Assembly: GCA_963713045.1 (NCBI GenBank)
Contig: CAVQKE010000007.1
Coordinates: forward strand, 32,001 to 96,000
DNA: 64,000 nt
Direction: 5' to 3'
Origin: an uncultured delta proteobacterium
GTDB taxonomy: Bacteria; Myxococcota; Myxococcia; Myxococcales; Myxococcaceae
In this document: positions 1-11,394 of the stretch, piece by piece
How positions within the stretch are numbered: the first letter of the stretch is position 1
How the letters are laid out: each line of letters begins with the position of its first letter
Made by a program: the position numbers and the translations under genes
Notes under the pieces: model-generated
What the model saw: the letters and a program-made list of their open reading frames with translations, nothing else
Databases searched by the model: none
Told to the model about the DNA's origin: nothing

Positions 1-2
1 AA

Positions 3-2921
3 AGTGCCCAGGTCGGCGATGTTGAGGGTTCCCCCCAAGGTCAGGTTGTTGTTCACTATCACCAGGTCGTTCACCCCGCCCCCCGCGTTACCCAATCCGG
101 ACGGACCCAGTTGGAAATCGGAAATTGACCCGGAGTTTAACGCCAGCGAACCGACCGTCAGGGTACCCACGGCATTGTTGCCCGGCGCGAGGATACCTCC
201 GCTCAAGACCGTCACTGCTCCGCTAATGGTCCCTGCGCCGCCTAAGGTTGCCCCAGTCTCCACATGCACCGCTGAATTACTTAAAGCGCCCTGAACCGTT
301 AACTGGCCCCCTTGCACATCGCTTAATCCGCTATAGGAATTGGTCCCGCTCAGGATCAAGGTCCCGGTGCCGCTCTTGATCAGGGCCAATGTCCCGCCGC
401 CGTTCTGCAGCGCCCCGCTGAAGGTCGTCGAGGCGTTGTCGCTCCCGGCAGTCAGGGTCGCCGTTCCGGTGGCGTTCACCGTGCCGCTGCCAGCCAGGGA
501 ACCGATCGTGTTAGAAAAGGAGCCCAGGCTCAAAATCGAGGCGACCGTGAAATCTGAAGTGGCGCTAAAGGCGGTGATTGAACCCGCCTGCAGGGTGCCG
601 GCACTCACCGTCGTCGCCCCGGAGTAGGTGTCGTTCCCGCTCAAGGTCAAGGTGCCGGTGCCGCTTTTGGTCAGCGCCAGGGTGGCTGACTGCAGCACAC
701 CGCTAAAGGTTGTGGAGCTGTTGTTACCCCCGGCGCTCAAGGTGGCCGTGCCGGTGGCACTCACCGTACCGGTGCCGGCCAAAGAACCGATGGTGTTGGA
801 AAAGCTACCCAGGTTTAAAGTCGCCCCGCTGACCGTGAAAGCGGAGTTGGCACTTAGCGCGCTCGTTGAACCCGCCTGCAGCGTCCCGGCGCTCACCGTG
901 GTCACCCCGCTATAGGTGTTAGCGCCCGACAAGGTTACCGTGCCCGCACCGGTATTTGTCACGCTGCCGGTACCGGTAACGTTGCCGCTCAAAGCCAGGG
1001 CGGTATCGGTGCGATTAAACGCCAACACCCCGTTAACGGTGATGGCCCCGACAATGCTGCCAGTTGCGCTCCCGCTGCCCAACTGCAGAGTGCCGCCGCT
1101 AATGGTCGTCCCGCCCGTGTAGGTACTGGTCCCGGTCAGAGATAAGGTCCCGCTGCCGCTTTTAGTCAGGCCCAGAGCGCCCACACCGTTTTGCAGCACC
1201 CCGCTGAAAGTCGTGGTGGCGCCATCGGCTCCGGCGCTCAGGGTTGCGGCCGTTCCGGTGTCAGTCACCGTCCCACTGCCGGCCAGCGAACCGATGGTGC
1301 TGGAAAAAGTATTAAGGTCCAGAATGGCATTAACCGTAAAATCCGAGCTCGAACTTAATCCCGATATTGAGCCGGCCTGCAGCGTGCCCCCGCTCACCGT
1401 GGTGGCCCCTGAATAAGTATTGGCTCCGCTCAAGGTCAAAATGCCCGTACCGCTCTTAGTCAATCCAAGCGGGTTCTGCAGAACACCGCTAAAGGTGGTA
1501 GAGCTGTTGTTACCTCCGGCACTCAGGGTGGCGGCTGCACCGATGTCGCTTACCGTGCCGCTGCCGGCTAAAGAACCGATGGTGCTGGAAAATCCACCCA
1601 GGTTCAAGCTAGCCGTGTTCACCGTAAACGCAGAGCTCGCGCTGAATCCGGTTACAGAACCTGCCTGCAGAGTTCCGGCGCTGACCGTGGTCACCCCGCT
1701 ATAGGTGTTAACACCCGAAAGGGTTGAAGTGCCCGTGCCGGCCTGGATCACGCTCCCGGTCCCGGTGATATTACCGGTCAGACTCAAGGCCGTGTCGGTG
1801 CGGCTAAACTGCAATACCCCGTTATCAGCGACGTTGCCCACGATGCTGCCCGTTAAGCCGGCGTTACCCAACTGCAAGGTGCCCCCGCTGATGGTCGTGC
1901 CGCCCGTGTAGGAACTGGTTCCTGTCAGGGTCAAAGTCCCTGTACCGCTCTTGGTCAGTGTCAGGGGACCGGCGCCGTTCTGCAGCAATCCGCTAAAGAC
2001 GCTCGAGGCGTTATCGGCGCCGGCAGTCAGGGTCGCCGCGGCGCCGCTATCGGTCACCGTGCCGCTGCCGGCCAGTGAACCGATCGTGCTGGAGAAACTA
2101 TTGAGGTCCAGGATTGAATTAACCGTAAAATCCGAGGTCGCGCTTAATCCCGATGTTGAGCCGGCCTGCAGGGTCCCGGCGCTCACCGTGGTGGCCCCTG
2201 AATAGGTGTTGGCTCCGCTCAAGGTCAAAATGCCGGTGCCAGTCTTGGTCAGCGCCAGGGTGCCGCCGCCGTTGATCAGCACTCCGCTAAAGGTCGTTGC
2301 CGTATTATTACCCCCGGCGCTCAGCACTGCCGTCCCAGCAACGCTATTCGTCACCGTGCCGGTGCCCGCCAGTGAACCGATCGTATTGGAAAAGCTATTG
2401 AGGTTTAAGGTCGCGCCGCTCACCGTAAAAGCAGAGCTTACGCTGAGCGCGGTGGTTGAACCCGCCTGCAACGTGCCGGCGCTCACCGTGGTCACTCCGC
2501 TATAGCTGTTGGTGCCCGAGAGCGTCACCGTGCCCGTACCGAACTCCACCACGCTGCCGGTGCCAGTGATGTTGCCGCCTAAATTCAGGCCCGTGTCGGT
2601 GCGATTAAACTGCAAGACCCCGTTATCTGTGATGTTGCCAGTGATGCTGCCGGTCGCGGTGGCGTTGCCCAGTTGCAGGGTGCCTCCGCTGATGGTCGTG
2701 CCGCCCACGTAGGTGTTGGTCCCCGTCAGGGTTAAAACGCCGGTACCGCTCTTAGTCAGGGCCAGCGTACCGGCGCCGAACGCTTGTATTATGCCGCTAA
2801 AGGTCGTCGTCGCGTTGTCGCCACCGGCCGTGAGCGTGGCTGGTACGCCGGTGTTGGTTACCGTTCCATTGCCGGCCAAGGAGCCGATCGCATTGGAAAA
2901 GCCGCCCAGATCCAAAATCGT
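3..2921 (-). CDS. Autotransporter-type passenger with passenger-associated beta-strand (PATR) repeats; partial: no N-terminus, runs off left edge
   Basis: Minus frame checked by hand at both ends; repeated LTKSGTGTLTLSGxNTYSGxTTVSAGTL motifs; left end reads GGGVNDLVIVNNNLTLGGTLNI. Absent from the ORF track because it has no stop in the window. Confidence 0.9.
334..2712 (-). repeat. Coding tandem repeat with three-unit higher-order period (~790 bp)
   Basis: Antisense stops at the conserved N-T-Y Tyr recur at intervals 291,288,207 / 294,288,207 / 294,300,207 bp. Confidence 0.85.
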
Positions 2922-5074
2922 GAGCCCCCGGGCAACTCCGACCCGAGGGCCTGCAGGGCCCGCGTCATCTGCCGGACGGCTTCCTCCGTTTGGCCACGCG
3001 CCTCGGCCAGGGACGACAACCCAATCCCAACATGGGCAAGGCCGAGGTCCTGGGCGCGCTGAAACAGGCGCTCCGCCCCCGCCAAGTCGCCTTCATTCAA
3101 GGCGCCGACACCGCGCCACAGCGACGCGTTCCGGGCGACATAGGGGTCGATGGCCAGGACGCGGTCGAGCAGTTGGTCGCCCTCGCGCAAGTAGCCATGG
3201 CCCACCCGGGTGGTGGCGAACCAGAAGTTGGCGGTGACGTCGTCCGGGTCCAGTTCCAGAGCACGCTGAAACGCCTCTTTCCCCTCCAGGAAGCGCCGTC
3301 TGGTTTCGTAAACCAGCCCCAGCACTGCGTGGGGCTCGCCGAGCGAAGGGTCCAGCGCGATGGCATGGCGTGCGGGCTTCTGCGGCGGCCAGGGCAGTGT
3401 CGGGCTTGCCCACTTCATAAATGGGCAAAAGGACTTGCAGCGTGGCCAGCCGCGACCAGGCGCGGGCATAGCCCGGGTCCAGCCGCAGGGCCTTCTGTAG
3501 CTGCCCGATGGCCTCGCGGAAGTGGGCGCCCTTCCGCCGGTTGAAGATGGATGTCGCCTGCAGGTACAGCGCGTAGGCCTCCGGGTTGTCGGTGGCCACC
3601 GGGACCAGGCGCGTGCGTTGGTCTCCTTGAAGGACGACCTTCAACTCCTCCGTGATGGCCCGGGCAATCCTCTCCTGCAGGTCGAAGACGTCCGTCAGGT
3701 CGCCTTCGAAGCTATTTGACCAGAGGTGGAAGCCGTCCGAGCCCTGGATAGCTGGGCGGTAATCCGGACCCGGTTGCCCTGCTTGCGCAACGAGCCTTCC
3801 AACAGGTTACTGATGCCCAATGTCTCGCCGATGGCGCGCAAGTCCTCGTTCTTGCCTTCGAAGTGGAAATCGAAGTGCGGCCGGCGACCTTCAGTCCCTT
3901 GACGCGCGCCAAGGCGTCGAGGATTTCTTCGGAAATTCCGTCGGAGAAAAATTCCTGTTCTTTGTCGAGCTGAGGTTCACGAAGGGGAGGACGGCAATGG
4001 ACGAGGTCCTTCGACGTCCACCGCGCCGCCCACGTCCGCCGCTGTCCCAGAAGGCCGCGCGCGGGGAAAGAAGCGCTCCCAAGTCAATTTCCGGGCGGAG
4101 GGATTAAAAACGAGGGCCGCGACAACCACCGCCACCACCCCAACCGGAATCAGCCACGACCAGGCCCTCCAGCGCCGAACCGGCGCGTTGGGCATTGTCG
4201 CCGTCGCGGAACCGGTTGGGTTGCGAAGCAATTCCAGGTTGAAGCCCAAATCCCGCGCCGTCTGGAAGCGGCGCCGTGGGTCCTTCTCCAGGCACCGTTG
4301 GACAACTTGAGCGACGCCCGCTGGAACGCTGGCCGGCAACGGCTCCGGCTCCTTGTGGAGGATGGCGTAGCCGCTTTCCACCACCGCCCCCGGGAACGCT
4401 CGCCGGCCCGAAAGCAATTCGTAAAGGACAGCCCCCAGGCTGAACAAGTCCGTCCGCGCGTCCACCGGGTCACCGCGCACCTGCTCCGGAGACATGTAGC
4501 CAGGCGTGCCCAGCACCATCCCAGAACCGGTCCCGCCACTGGATGGCGACAGCGTCTCGTCCAACAGGCCGTGGGGGGCTGCCTCGTGGGCCGCCTCAAT
4601 CAGCTTTGCAATGCCGAAGTCGAGCAGCTTCACGTGCCCGTCCCGGCTGATGAAGACGTTCTCCGGTTTCAAGACCCGGTGGACAATGCCGCCCTCATGC
4701 GCAGCCGCCAGGCCCTGCGCCATCTGTGCCGTCCACTCCAGCGCCTTGGCCAACGGGACGGGGCCTTTCGCCAGGCGCTCCCGCAGCGTCTCGCCCTGAA
4801 GCAATTCGGTGACGAAGTACGGCTTTCCGTCGTGGAGTCCGACGTCATGCAGGGCAACGACGTTGGGGTGGTTGACGGACCCGGCCAGTTTGGCTTCCCT
4901 CTCGAAGCGCTCGACAAAGGCGCCGTCCGCACCAAAGGCCTCGGAGACAACCTTGATGGCGACGTCGCGGCCAAGGCGGGTGTCGGTGGCGCGGTACACC
5001 TCCGCCATCCCGCCCGCCCCCACCAGGGCCACCACTTCGTAAGGGCCCACGCGGGTGCCCGCTGTCAAGCGCAC
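2922..5074 (-). CDS. Ser/Thr protein kinase + TolB-like domain + TPR; several frameshifts, C-terminus truncated
   Basis: GAGGMAEVY, VAIKV, HRVLKPEN, DFG, GTPGYMSPE; then SIAVLPFVNLS, LARVKGLKVAGRTS, NPEAYALYLQA and TPR pieces in consecutive frames. Confidence 0.85.
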
Positions 5075-5259
5075 GGCCGCACCTTACACCCAAGCCTTCC
5101 CCGCCAAGGGTTGTACGCGCTCAGCGAGGCGCGACTTTCTCGGCAAGGAAGGCGTTCGCCCCTCTGGGGCAGTCAGCACCCCTGCGGCTGGAGGGACTGC
5201 CCAGGACGCTGCCCTCGCCAGTGGGATTGTCAGCCCTCGCTGCTACTTCTTGCTGCCGG

Positions 5260-6078
5260 GTGAGAGACACTTCCGCTGAGAGGACGTATTCGCTGGCCGA
5301 CGCCGCGGCGCTGCTTGGCGTCACCGAGGCGCGGGTGCGGTCCTTCATCAGCGGTGGCCTTCTTCCCTCCCGCTCCCAGCCAGAGGGGCGTGCCTTCACC
5401 TTCCGCGACTTGGTGCTGCTGCGTTCCGCCAAAGGCCTGGCCGACCGCAACGTCGCCCCAAGGCGCATCCGCGCCGCACTCCAACGCCTCGGCACGCAGC
5501 TTCCCGCCGGGCAGAGTGTTTCCAGCATTTCCCTCGACGCCAAAGGGCAGCGGCTTCTGGCCCGAGACGGCGAGGCCACCTGGGAACCGGAAACAGGCCA
5601 GGGCGAGCTTGCGCTGGACGCTCCGGCGCCCCGCGCGGGCACGGTGCACCAGTTACCAACCCCCGCCGGGCCGGGGGTGGACGTCCGTTTTCAGCAGGCC
5701 TTGGCGCTGGAAGAAGTTGACCCCTCCAGCGCCGCCACGCTGTACGCGGACATTCTCCGCCAGGCGCCCACGCACGCCGATGCCCACGTCAACCTCGGCC
5801 GCCTCCACCACGGCGCCGGTCGACTCTCGGCCGCCGAGGCGCACTACCGCGCTGCACTGGCGGCCCAGCCGGGCGACGCGGTGGCTGCCTACAACCTGGC
5901 CGTCGCCCTGGACGACCAAGGGCGAAGCGCAGATGCGCTGGCCAGCTACCACCGTGCCCTTCAAGTGGACCCCGCCCTGGCCGACGCCCACTACAACCTG
6001 GCCCGGCTCCACGAAGGCCGGGGCGAGCGGATGCTGGCCCTCCGGCACCTGAAGGAATACCGCCGCCTGGCGAGCTGA
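5260..6078 (+). CDS. MerR-like HTH + TPR protein
   Basis: YSLADAAALLGVTEARVRSF...FTFRDLVLLR N-terminus; TPR motifs AHVNLG, AAYNLA, AHYNLA. Confidence 0.85.
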   Translation: MRDTSAERTYSLADAAALLGVTEARVRSFISGGLLPSRSQPEGRAFTFRDLVLLRSAKGLADRNVAPRRIRAALQRLGTQLPAGQSVSSISLDAKGQRLLARDGEATWEPETGQGELALDAPAPRAGTVHQLPTPAGPGVDVRFQQALALEEVDPSSAATLYADILRQAPTHADAHVNLGRLHHGAGRLSAAEAHYRAALAAQPGDAVAAYNLAVALDDQGRSADALASYHRALQVDPALADAHYNLARLHEGRGERMLALRHLKEYRRLAS

Positions 6079-6153
6079 AGCACAGGCTGGGGTTGCTTCC
6101 CGGCTTGTCCAACGGGGCCGGCGTGACTACCTCCCTTCCCTTGGAGGTGTCCC

Positions 6154-6639
6154 ATGCGTCCCTTTCTCATCTGCCTGTGCGCCAGCTTGACGTTGGCCTG
6201 CACAAAGGAACAATCCCGGCCGGCCAAGGAAGCTGTCGCCGAAGCCAAAGGCAGCGCGGCGGAGGCGGAGAAGGCAGCCCAACAGGCCGCGGCCGAGGCC
6301 GACCGCACCGTCAACAACGCGCGCGTGGCCGTCGAGCAGGGCGTCGCCACGGCGGAGGAAAAGACGCGTTCTGGCGTGGACGCCGTCGCCACCGGCGTGC
6401 GAGAGCTGGGTGAGGGCGGTGTGGTGACGGGACGGGTCAGCACCATCTCGCGTTCCCACCTCGCACTTCGTCCCGAAGGCAGGGGCCCAGGGGAGTTGCA
6501 GCTGGATGAACACACCCGCTTCCTGCTGCACGGCGAAGGCTTGGAAAAGCCGCACCTCGCCGGGACGCGGGTGCGTGCCACCTACGTCGTCGAGGCGCAC
6601 GTCCCGGTGGCCACCGAGGTGGAAGTCCTCACCCGGTAG
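6154..6639 (+). CDS. Putative lipoprotein
   Basis: GGAGG RBS, lipobox LTLAC, Ala/Glu-rich helix, beta-rich C-terminus. Confidence 0.75.
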   Translation: MRPFLICLCASLTLACTKEQSRPAKEAVAEAKGSAAEAEKAAQQAAAEADRTVNNARVAVEQGVATAEEKTRSGVDAVATGVRELGEGGVVTGRVSTISRSHLALRPEGRGPGELQLDEHTRFLLHGEGLEKPHLAGTRVRATYVVEAHVPVATEVEVLTR

Positions 6640-6698
6640 CACCGTCCCCAAAGGCTTTCCCTCGGCGCTGGGCCTCCGGTAGCGTCGGCGCGCCCGGC

Positions 6699-7765
6699 AT
6701 GAATCTCCCCGTCTCCCGCCCGTGTCCCCCATGCTGTCCAAGCTGGTGGCGGACATCCCTCCGGCGGGAGAGTCCTCTCGAACCAAAGTGGGACGGCTTT
6801 CGCACCATCGTCTTCCGGGATGGGGACACGCTGGAATTGGGCAGTCGAAATGAACGGCCCATGACGAGGTATTTCCCGGAGTTGCGGAATCCGCTTCTGG
6901 CGTCGCTTCCCAGCCGCTGCGTCGTCGACGGGGAAGTCGTCATTGCCGGTGCAAACGGCTTGGACTTTGACGCCCTTCTCCAGCGCATCCACCCTGCCGC
7001 CTCCCGAGTGGCCAAACTTGCGGCGGAGACGCCCGCTTCCTTCGTCGCCTTCGACTTGCTCGCCCTTGGCGACGAGGACCTCCGGCCAAAGCCCTTTGGC
7101 GAACGGCGCCGACGTTTGGAAGCGGCGCTGGCCGAGGCCAAGCCCCCCGTCCATCTCACCCCGGCCACCCAAGACCGCCAGGTGGCCGGGAGTGGTTTCG
7201 GCGCTTCGAGGGCGCCGGCCTGGACGGCGTCATGGTGAAGCCGCTTGGCCTTCCATACCTTGAAGGAAAGCGCGAAATGTTGAAGGTGAAGCACACCCGC
7301 ACCGCGGACTGCGTGGTGGGCGGCTTCCGCCTTTACAAGGACTACTCGGACGTCGGCTCGCTGTTGCTGGGGCTGTATGACGAGGCGGGGACGCTGCACC
7401 ATGTGGGCATTGCGTCTGGCTTTACCCAGGCCAAGCGAAAAGCCCTGGTGCAGGAGTTGGCGCCCTGGCGCGAAGGCGCCCGCGAAGGCCACCCCTGGCA
7501 GCACTGGGAAACGCTGGCCGGCGAGACGGAAGCCCGCATGCCTGGCGCCCCCAGCCGCTGGAATGCCAAGCGCGACTTGGGCTGGGAGGCTTTGCGGCCC
7601 GAGCGCGTGGCCGAAGTCAGTTACGACCACCTGCAAGGCGACCGCTTCCGGCACGCGACGCATTTTCTCCGCTGGCGCGAGGACCGCACTCCGCGCTCCT
7701 GCACCTACGCACAACTGGAGGCCGTGGTGCCGGAGGAGCTGTCCCGCCTCTTCGGGACAGCCTAG
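6699..7765 (+). CDS. ligC: ATP-dependent DNA ligase (LigC-type); frameshifted
   Basis: EPKWDGFR adenylation motif, DGEVV, FDLLA, KVKHTRTADCVVGG, GSLLLGLYD, RFRH..FLRWREDR; split over ORFs 6699-7238 and 7232-7765. Confidence 0.85.
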
Positions 7766-7775
7766 CGCGCCGCAC

Positions 7776-8201
7776 ATGTCCGACGTTCAGCCCGTCCCCA
7801 GCCCTGGGCCCCTGCACCGCCTGGTCGCCCTGTGCCTCCAGGTGGGGCTGCTCTCCGTTGTGTTTGCTGGTTGGCTCGTCGTCGGGCGACACGTACGCCT
7901 TCCCCTTCCAGCGGGCCTCCTCGCAATGCTGACCGTCCTTGGCTTGCTGCTGTCTCGGGCTCTCCCTCAGTCCTTCGTCCAGCGAGGGGCGGCCTTTCTC
8001 TTGCGCTTCATTGCTTTGCTTTTCGTCCCAATCTGCATCGGCGCCGTCCGGCAGCTTCCGCTGTTGCGCGCCCAGGGCGGTACCTTCGTGCTTCTGGTGG
8101 TGGCCGGCGCGCTGGTGGGCCAAGCCAGCGCCGGACTCCTCGCCCAGGCGCTCTGCAAGAAGCCCTGCGTCACTCCCGCGCCCGAGGGCTTCGAGTCATG
8201 A
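7776..8201 (+). CDS. CidA/LrgA family protein
   Basis: Four hydrophobic segments, LPLPAGLLAM, LLFVPICIG; ATGA overlap with the LrgB gene. Confidence 0.85.
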   Translation: MSDVQPVPSPGPLHRLVALCLQVGLLSVVFAGWLVVGRHVRLPLPAGLLAMLTVLGLLLSRALPQSFVQRGAAFLLRFIALLFVPICIGAVRQLPLLRAQGGTFVLLVVAGALVGQASAGLLAQALCKKPCVTPAPEGFES

Positions 8202-8874
8202 ATTTCACCCTGACGGCGTTGGTGACGGCGGCCACGGTGGCGGCCTACCTGGCGGCGGAGCGCCTCTACCGAAGGGTCCAGGTGGTTGCCCTTCACCCGC
8301 TTCTCGTCACCTCTCTTCTGGGAGCTGCAGTCCTGGGCCCAAACCCGGACGCCCTCGCCAAGTACATGGAAGGCAGCTGGCTTTTGCAGTGGGCCCTGGG
8401 CCCGGCGACGGCGGCCCTGGCCGTTCCCTTCTTTGCCAGCCGCGCAGTGCTGGCCAGTAACCCGGCCAAGGTGTTGCTTAGCGTCGCCGCCGGGACGGCC
8501 GCTTCGGTGGGCACGGTGCTGGGCCTTGGTGCATTGCTTGGTGCGCCACCTCTGTTGGTGCGCGCCCTCACCATCAAGTCCGTCACCGCGCCGGTGGCCA
8601 TCTCCCTCGCCCCGGAATTGGGCGTGGACGCAGGACTGGTGGGCGCTGCCGTGGTGTCCACCGGCCTCTTCGGCATGGCGGTGGCCCCCCACTGCTTCGC
8701 CTCCTCGGCGTGCGCCGGCCACTGGCGCGCGGCCTGGCCCTCGGCACCATCGCCCACGCCATGGGGACGGCGCGCGCACTTGAAGAAGACGGCGCCGAAG
8801 GCGGCGCCGGCGGTGCCGTGGCGCTGGCGCTGGTGGCCATTCTCCTCTCCACTGCCGTGGCGCTGCTTCGCTGA
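8198..8874 (+). CDS. LrgB family protein; frameshift near 8690
   Basis: LGPATAALAVP, KSVTAPVAI, then ARGLALGTIAHAMGTARA in the shifted frame. Confidence 0.85.
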
Positions 8875-8979
8875 TGGAGCCTTCAGGCCTCGGTGCTTCC
8901 GGGGCCACGTCACAAGGGGAACGGACGCGCTGAAAGCGCCCGCGCCCGGACGGCGTTCCCGGTAAACTGCTTCGCCTCT

Positions 8980-9717
8980 GTGGCCCCCCCAACTCGCTAC
9001 CGCCTGTACTACTGGCCGTCCATTCAAGGCAGAGGCGAATTCGTTCGCCTTGTGCTGGAGGATGCTGGCGCGCCCTATGTCGACGTGGCCCGTTTGTCGC
9101 CGCCCGCCGGTGGCGTTCCGGCACTCCTTCGGCTGCTTTTAGAAAAGCAGTCGGCGACCCCGCCCTTTGCCCCGCCCTTTCTGCAGGTAGGGCCGCTGCT
9201 GATTGCCCAAACGGCCAACATCCTCTTGTACCTCGCACCGCGCCTCGGCCTCATCGGCAAGGGCGAGCCCGGACGCCTCTTCGCGCACCAGCTGCAGCTG
9301 ACCATCGGCGACGTCGTCGCCGAAGTCCACGACACCCACCATCCCATCTCCAGCAGTCTCTACTACGCGCAGCAGCGCGGCGAGGCGCGCCGAGGCTCGG
9401 CCTACTTTCTCAGCGAGCGCATGCCGAAATTTCTGGGGTACTTCGAAAGGGTACTGGCGCAGAGCCCCAAGGGCAGTCACCTCGTGGCCCGTCGCTTCTC
9501 TTACGTGGAACTCTCTATGTTTCAGCTGCTGGTGGGCCTGGAATATGCGTTTCCACGCGCCTTCTCCAAGCGCGCGCGCTTCATCCCGAGGCTGCTGGCG
9601 CTGCGGGACAGGGTGGCGCAGCGTCCCCGCCTCGCCGCCTATCTCGCCTCACCCCGCCGCCTGCCCTTCAACGAAGAAGGCATCTTCCGGCACTACCCGG
9701 AATTGGACGGTGGCTGA
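8980..9717 (+). CDS. Glutathione S-transferase
   Basis: YRLYYWPSIQGRGEFVRLVLE, FAPPFL, IAQTANIL, RPRLAAYLASPRR. Confidence 0.9.
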   Translation: MAPPTRYRLYYWPSIQGRGEFVRLVLEDAGAPYVDVARLSPPAGGVPALLRLLLEKQSATPPFAPPFLQVGPLLIAQTANILLYLAPRLGLIGKGEPGRLFAHQLQLTIGDVVAEVHDTHHPISSSLYYAQQRGEARRGSAYFLSERMPKFLGYFERVLAQSPKGSHLVARRFSYVELSMFQLLVGLEYAFPRAFSKRARFIPRLLALRDRVAQRPRLAAYLASPRRLPFNEEGIFRHYPELDGG

Positions 9718-9903
9718 CCCCTTGGCAGGGGCGGTCTCTTCCAGTAACAGCCGCGCCCGCATGACTTGACAGTGCGCCGTAGCGGAAGGGCCAACTGCAG
9801 GCGCGCGAGGCCCACCTCCTCTCAAGCCCTGCGCGAAGCCAGCAGCTCACGCGGGGCCGCCAGGCCCGACAACTGCACCGCGGGTGGCGTGAGGCTAGGC
9901 AGC

Positions 9904-10923
9904 TTAAACCGGTGGCCCCTTCTTCCGCGCCCGGCTGGGTTGAACGCGCATCGGCTCGCCCGTCTGCTTGGGAAAGTGCGGGGGCCAAGGCGCATCCCCC
10001 AAGCCCTCCGCTTCATCTCGGGCCGCCAAGTCAAGCAGAGGCTCAAGCCCATACGCTGTCGCATCAATGCCTGCCGCCAAGTCACCCAACGCCGCCACGC
10101 GGGCCGGGACGGTGGCCAGCGTCAGCTCACCCGGCTCCACCGTCTCGACTTCTGGCCAGGCCAGCGGACAGCTGACCCGCCCTTCTGGGTTCGCCCGGAC
10201 GGAATACACCGAGGCGATGGTCCGGTCGCGTGCATTCTGGTTGTAGTCGATGAAGACGCGCGCCCCACGCTCTTCCTTCCACCATTTGCTGGTGGCGATG
10301 TCCGGCAGGCGACGCTCGACTGCGCGTGCCAAGGCCAGTGCGGCGCGACGGACGGCGAGAAAGTCCCACTCTGGTCGGATGCGGACGTAGACGTGAAGGC
10401 CTCGCGACCCTGACGTCTTGGGCCAGCCCTGTAGTCCCAACTCGGTCAGCAGTCGGCCCACTTCTACTGCCACCCGGCGCACGGCGGAGAAGGGCACGTC
10501 GGGCTGCGGGTCGAGGTCCACCCGCAACTCATCCGGGTGGTCGAGGTCCATTCGCCGAACGGCCCAGGGGTTGAAGTCCAGGCACCCCAAGTTGACTGCC
10601 CAGATGATGTGCGCCGCGTCCGTCGGACACAGCTCCTCGGCGCTTCGACCGCTGGGGAAATGCACCGTCACCGTCTCCAACCACTCCGGACGCGGAGACG
10701 GGACACGCTTCTGGTAGAAAAACTCGCCCCCGGCACCGTTGGGGTAACGCTTGAGGACCGTTGGGCGCTCCCGGACGCCGCGGAGAGCCCCCTCCCCCAC
10801 CGCTAGGTAGTACCGAACCAGGTCCAGTTTCGTCTCGCCGCGGGCAGCGAAGAAGACTTTGTCCGGATTCGAAATGCTGACCACTCGGCCGGCGACGTCG
10901 ATGTCGGTGTGCAGTGTGGCCAC
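9904..10923 (-). CDS. Stand-alone LigD-type primase-polymerase domain (Prim-PolC-like)
   Basis: SNPDKVFF, TKLDLVRYY, RYPNG..FYQK, DELRVDLDP, KTSGSRGLHVY, FIDYNQNARDRT. Confidence 0.92.
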   Translation of the reverse strand: MATLHTDIDVAGRVVSISNPDKVFFAARGETKLDLVRYYLAVGEGALRGVRERPTVLKRYPNGAGGEFFYQKRVPSPRPEWLETVTVHFPSGRSAEELCPTDAAHIIWAVNLGCLDFNPWAVRRMDLDHPDELRVDLDPQPDVPFSAVRRVAVEVGRLLTELGLQGWPKTSGSRGLHVYVRIRPEWDFLAVRRAALALARAVERRLPDIATSKWWKEERGARVFIDYNQNARDRTIASVYSVRANPEGRVSCPLAWPEVETVEPGELTLATVPARVAALGDLAAGIDATAYGLEPLLDLAARDEAEGLGDAPWPPHFPKQTGEPMRVQPSRARKKGPPV

Positions 10924-11018
10924 GCGCGCTCCCTCACTATGCTACTCGGGCCCTCTTGACTCCGGGGCCAGCACCTCTGAGGGACCCACCCAACCCTACC
11001 CTCTGGCCGGAACAGGGG

Positions 11019-11367
11019 ATGTCCCACCTCCCACGGGAGGTGAGACTGACGCCAGGCCAACCGCTCGGCCACCGGACGTCCAATAGGAGGTGGAAGCTGC
11101 CTCCGGTGGTGGACTTCGCAGCACTGAATCCCTCGAGATTGAGTCATACTGGGTAGCTGGATGACGTCCACCAAGCCCTTTTTCGAGGCGAGCAAGACTG
11201 ACTCGAAACACTCTGGCGCGGCGGTTTCGCCATCGTCGCGACGCGCATACACTACGACTTTGCCGTGGCCGCTTTCCTGCAGCTCACCGCACTTTCGGCT
11301 CAACTCGAGGCCCCGCATCCGAGCGGCCGATTCCCGTCCCGTCACGTCTTCCAAGGGCGAGCGTAGC
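11019..11367 (+). pseudogene. Possible degraded thioesterase-like gene
   Basis: One frame with internal TAG (11154) and TGA (11199): VDFAALNPSRLSHTG*LDDVHQA..*LETLWRGGFAIVATRIHYDF; only a loose resemblance to 4HBT thioesterases. Confidence 0.25.
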
Positions 11368-11394
11368 CGAACGTTCGAGTGGTCCTAGCCGCCC

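Noticed and set aside
4..3237. Series of regular Pro/Val-rich plus-strand ORFs
   Set aside because: Antisense shadows of the minus-strand PATR repeats; their stops overlap the conserved Tyr codon.
11154..11201. In-frame TAG/TGA as Pyl or Sec recoding
   Set aside because: No catalytic Cys context or hairpin; looks like simple decay.
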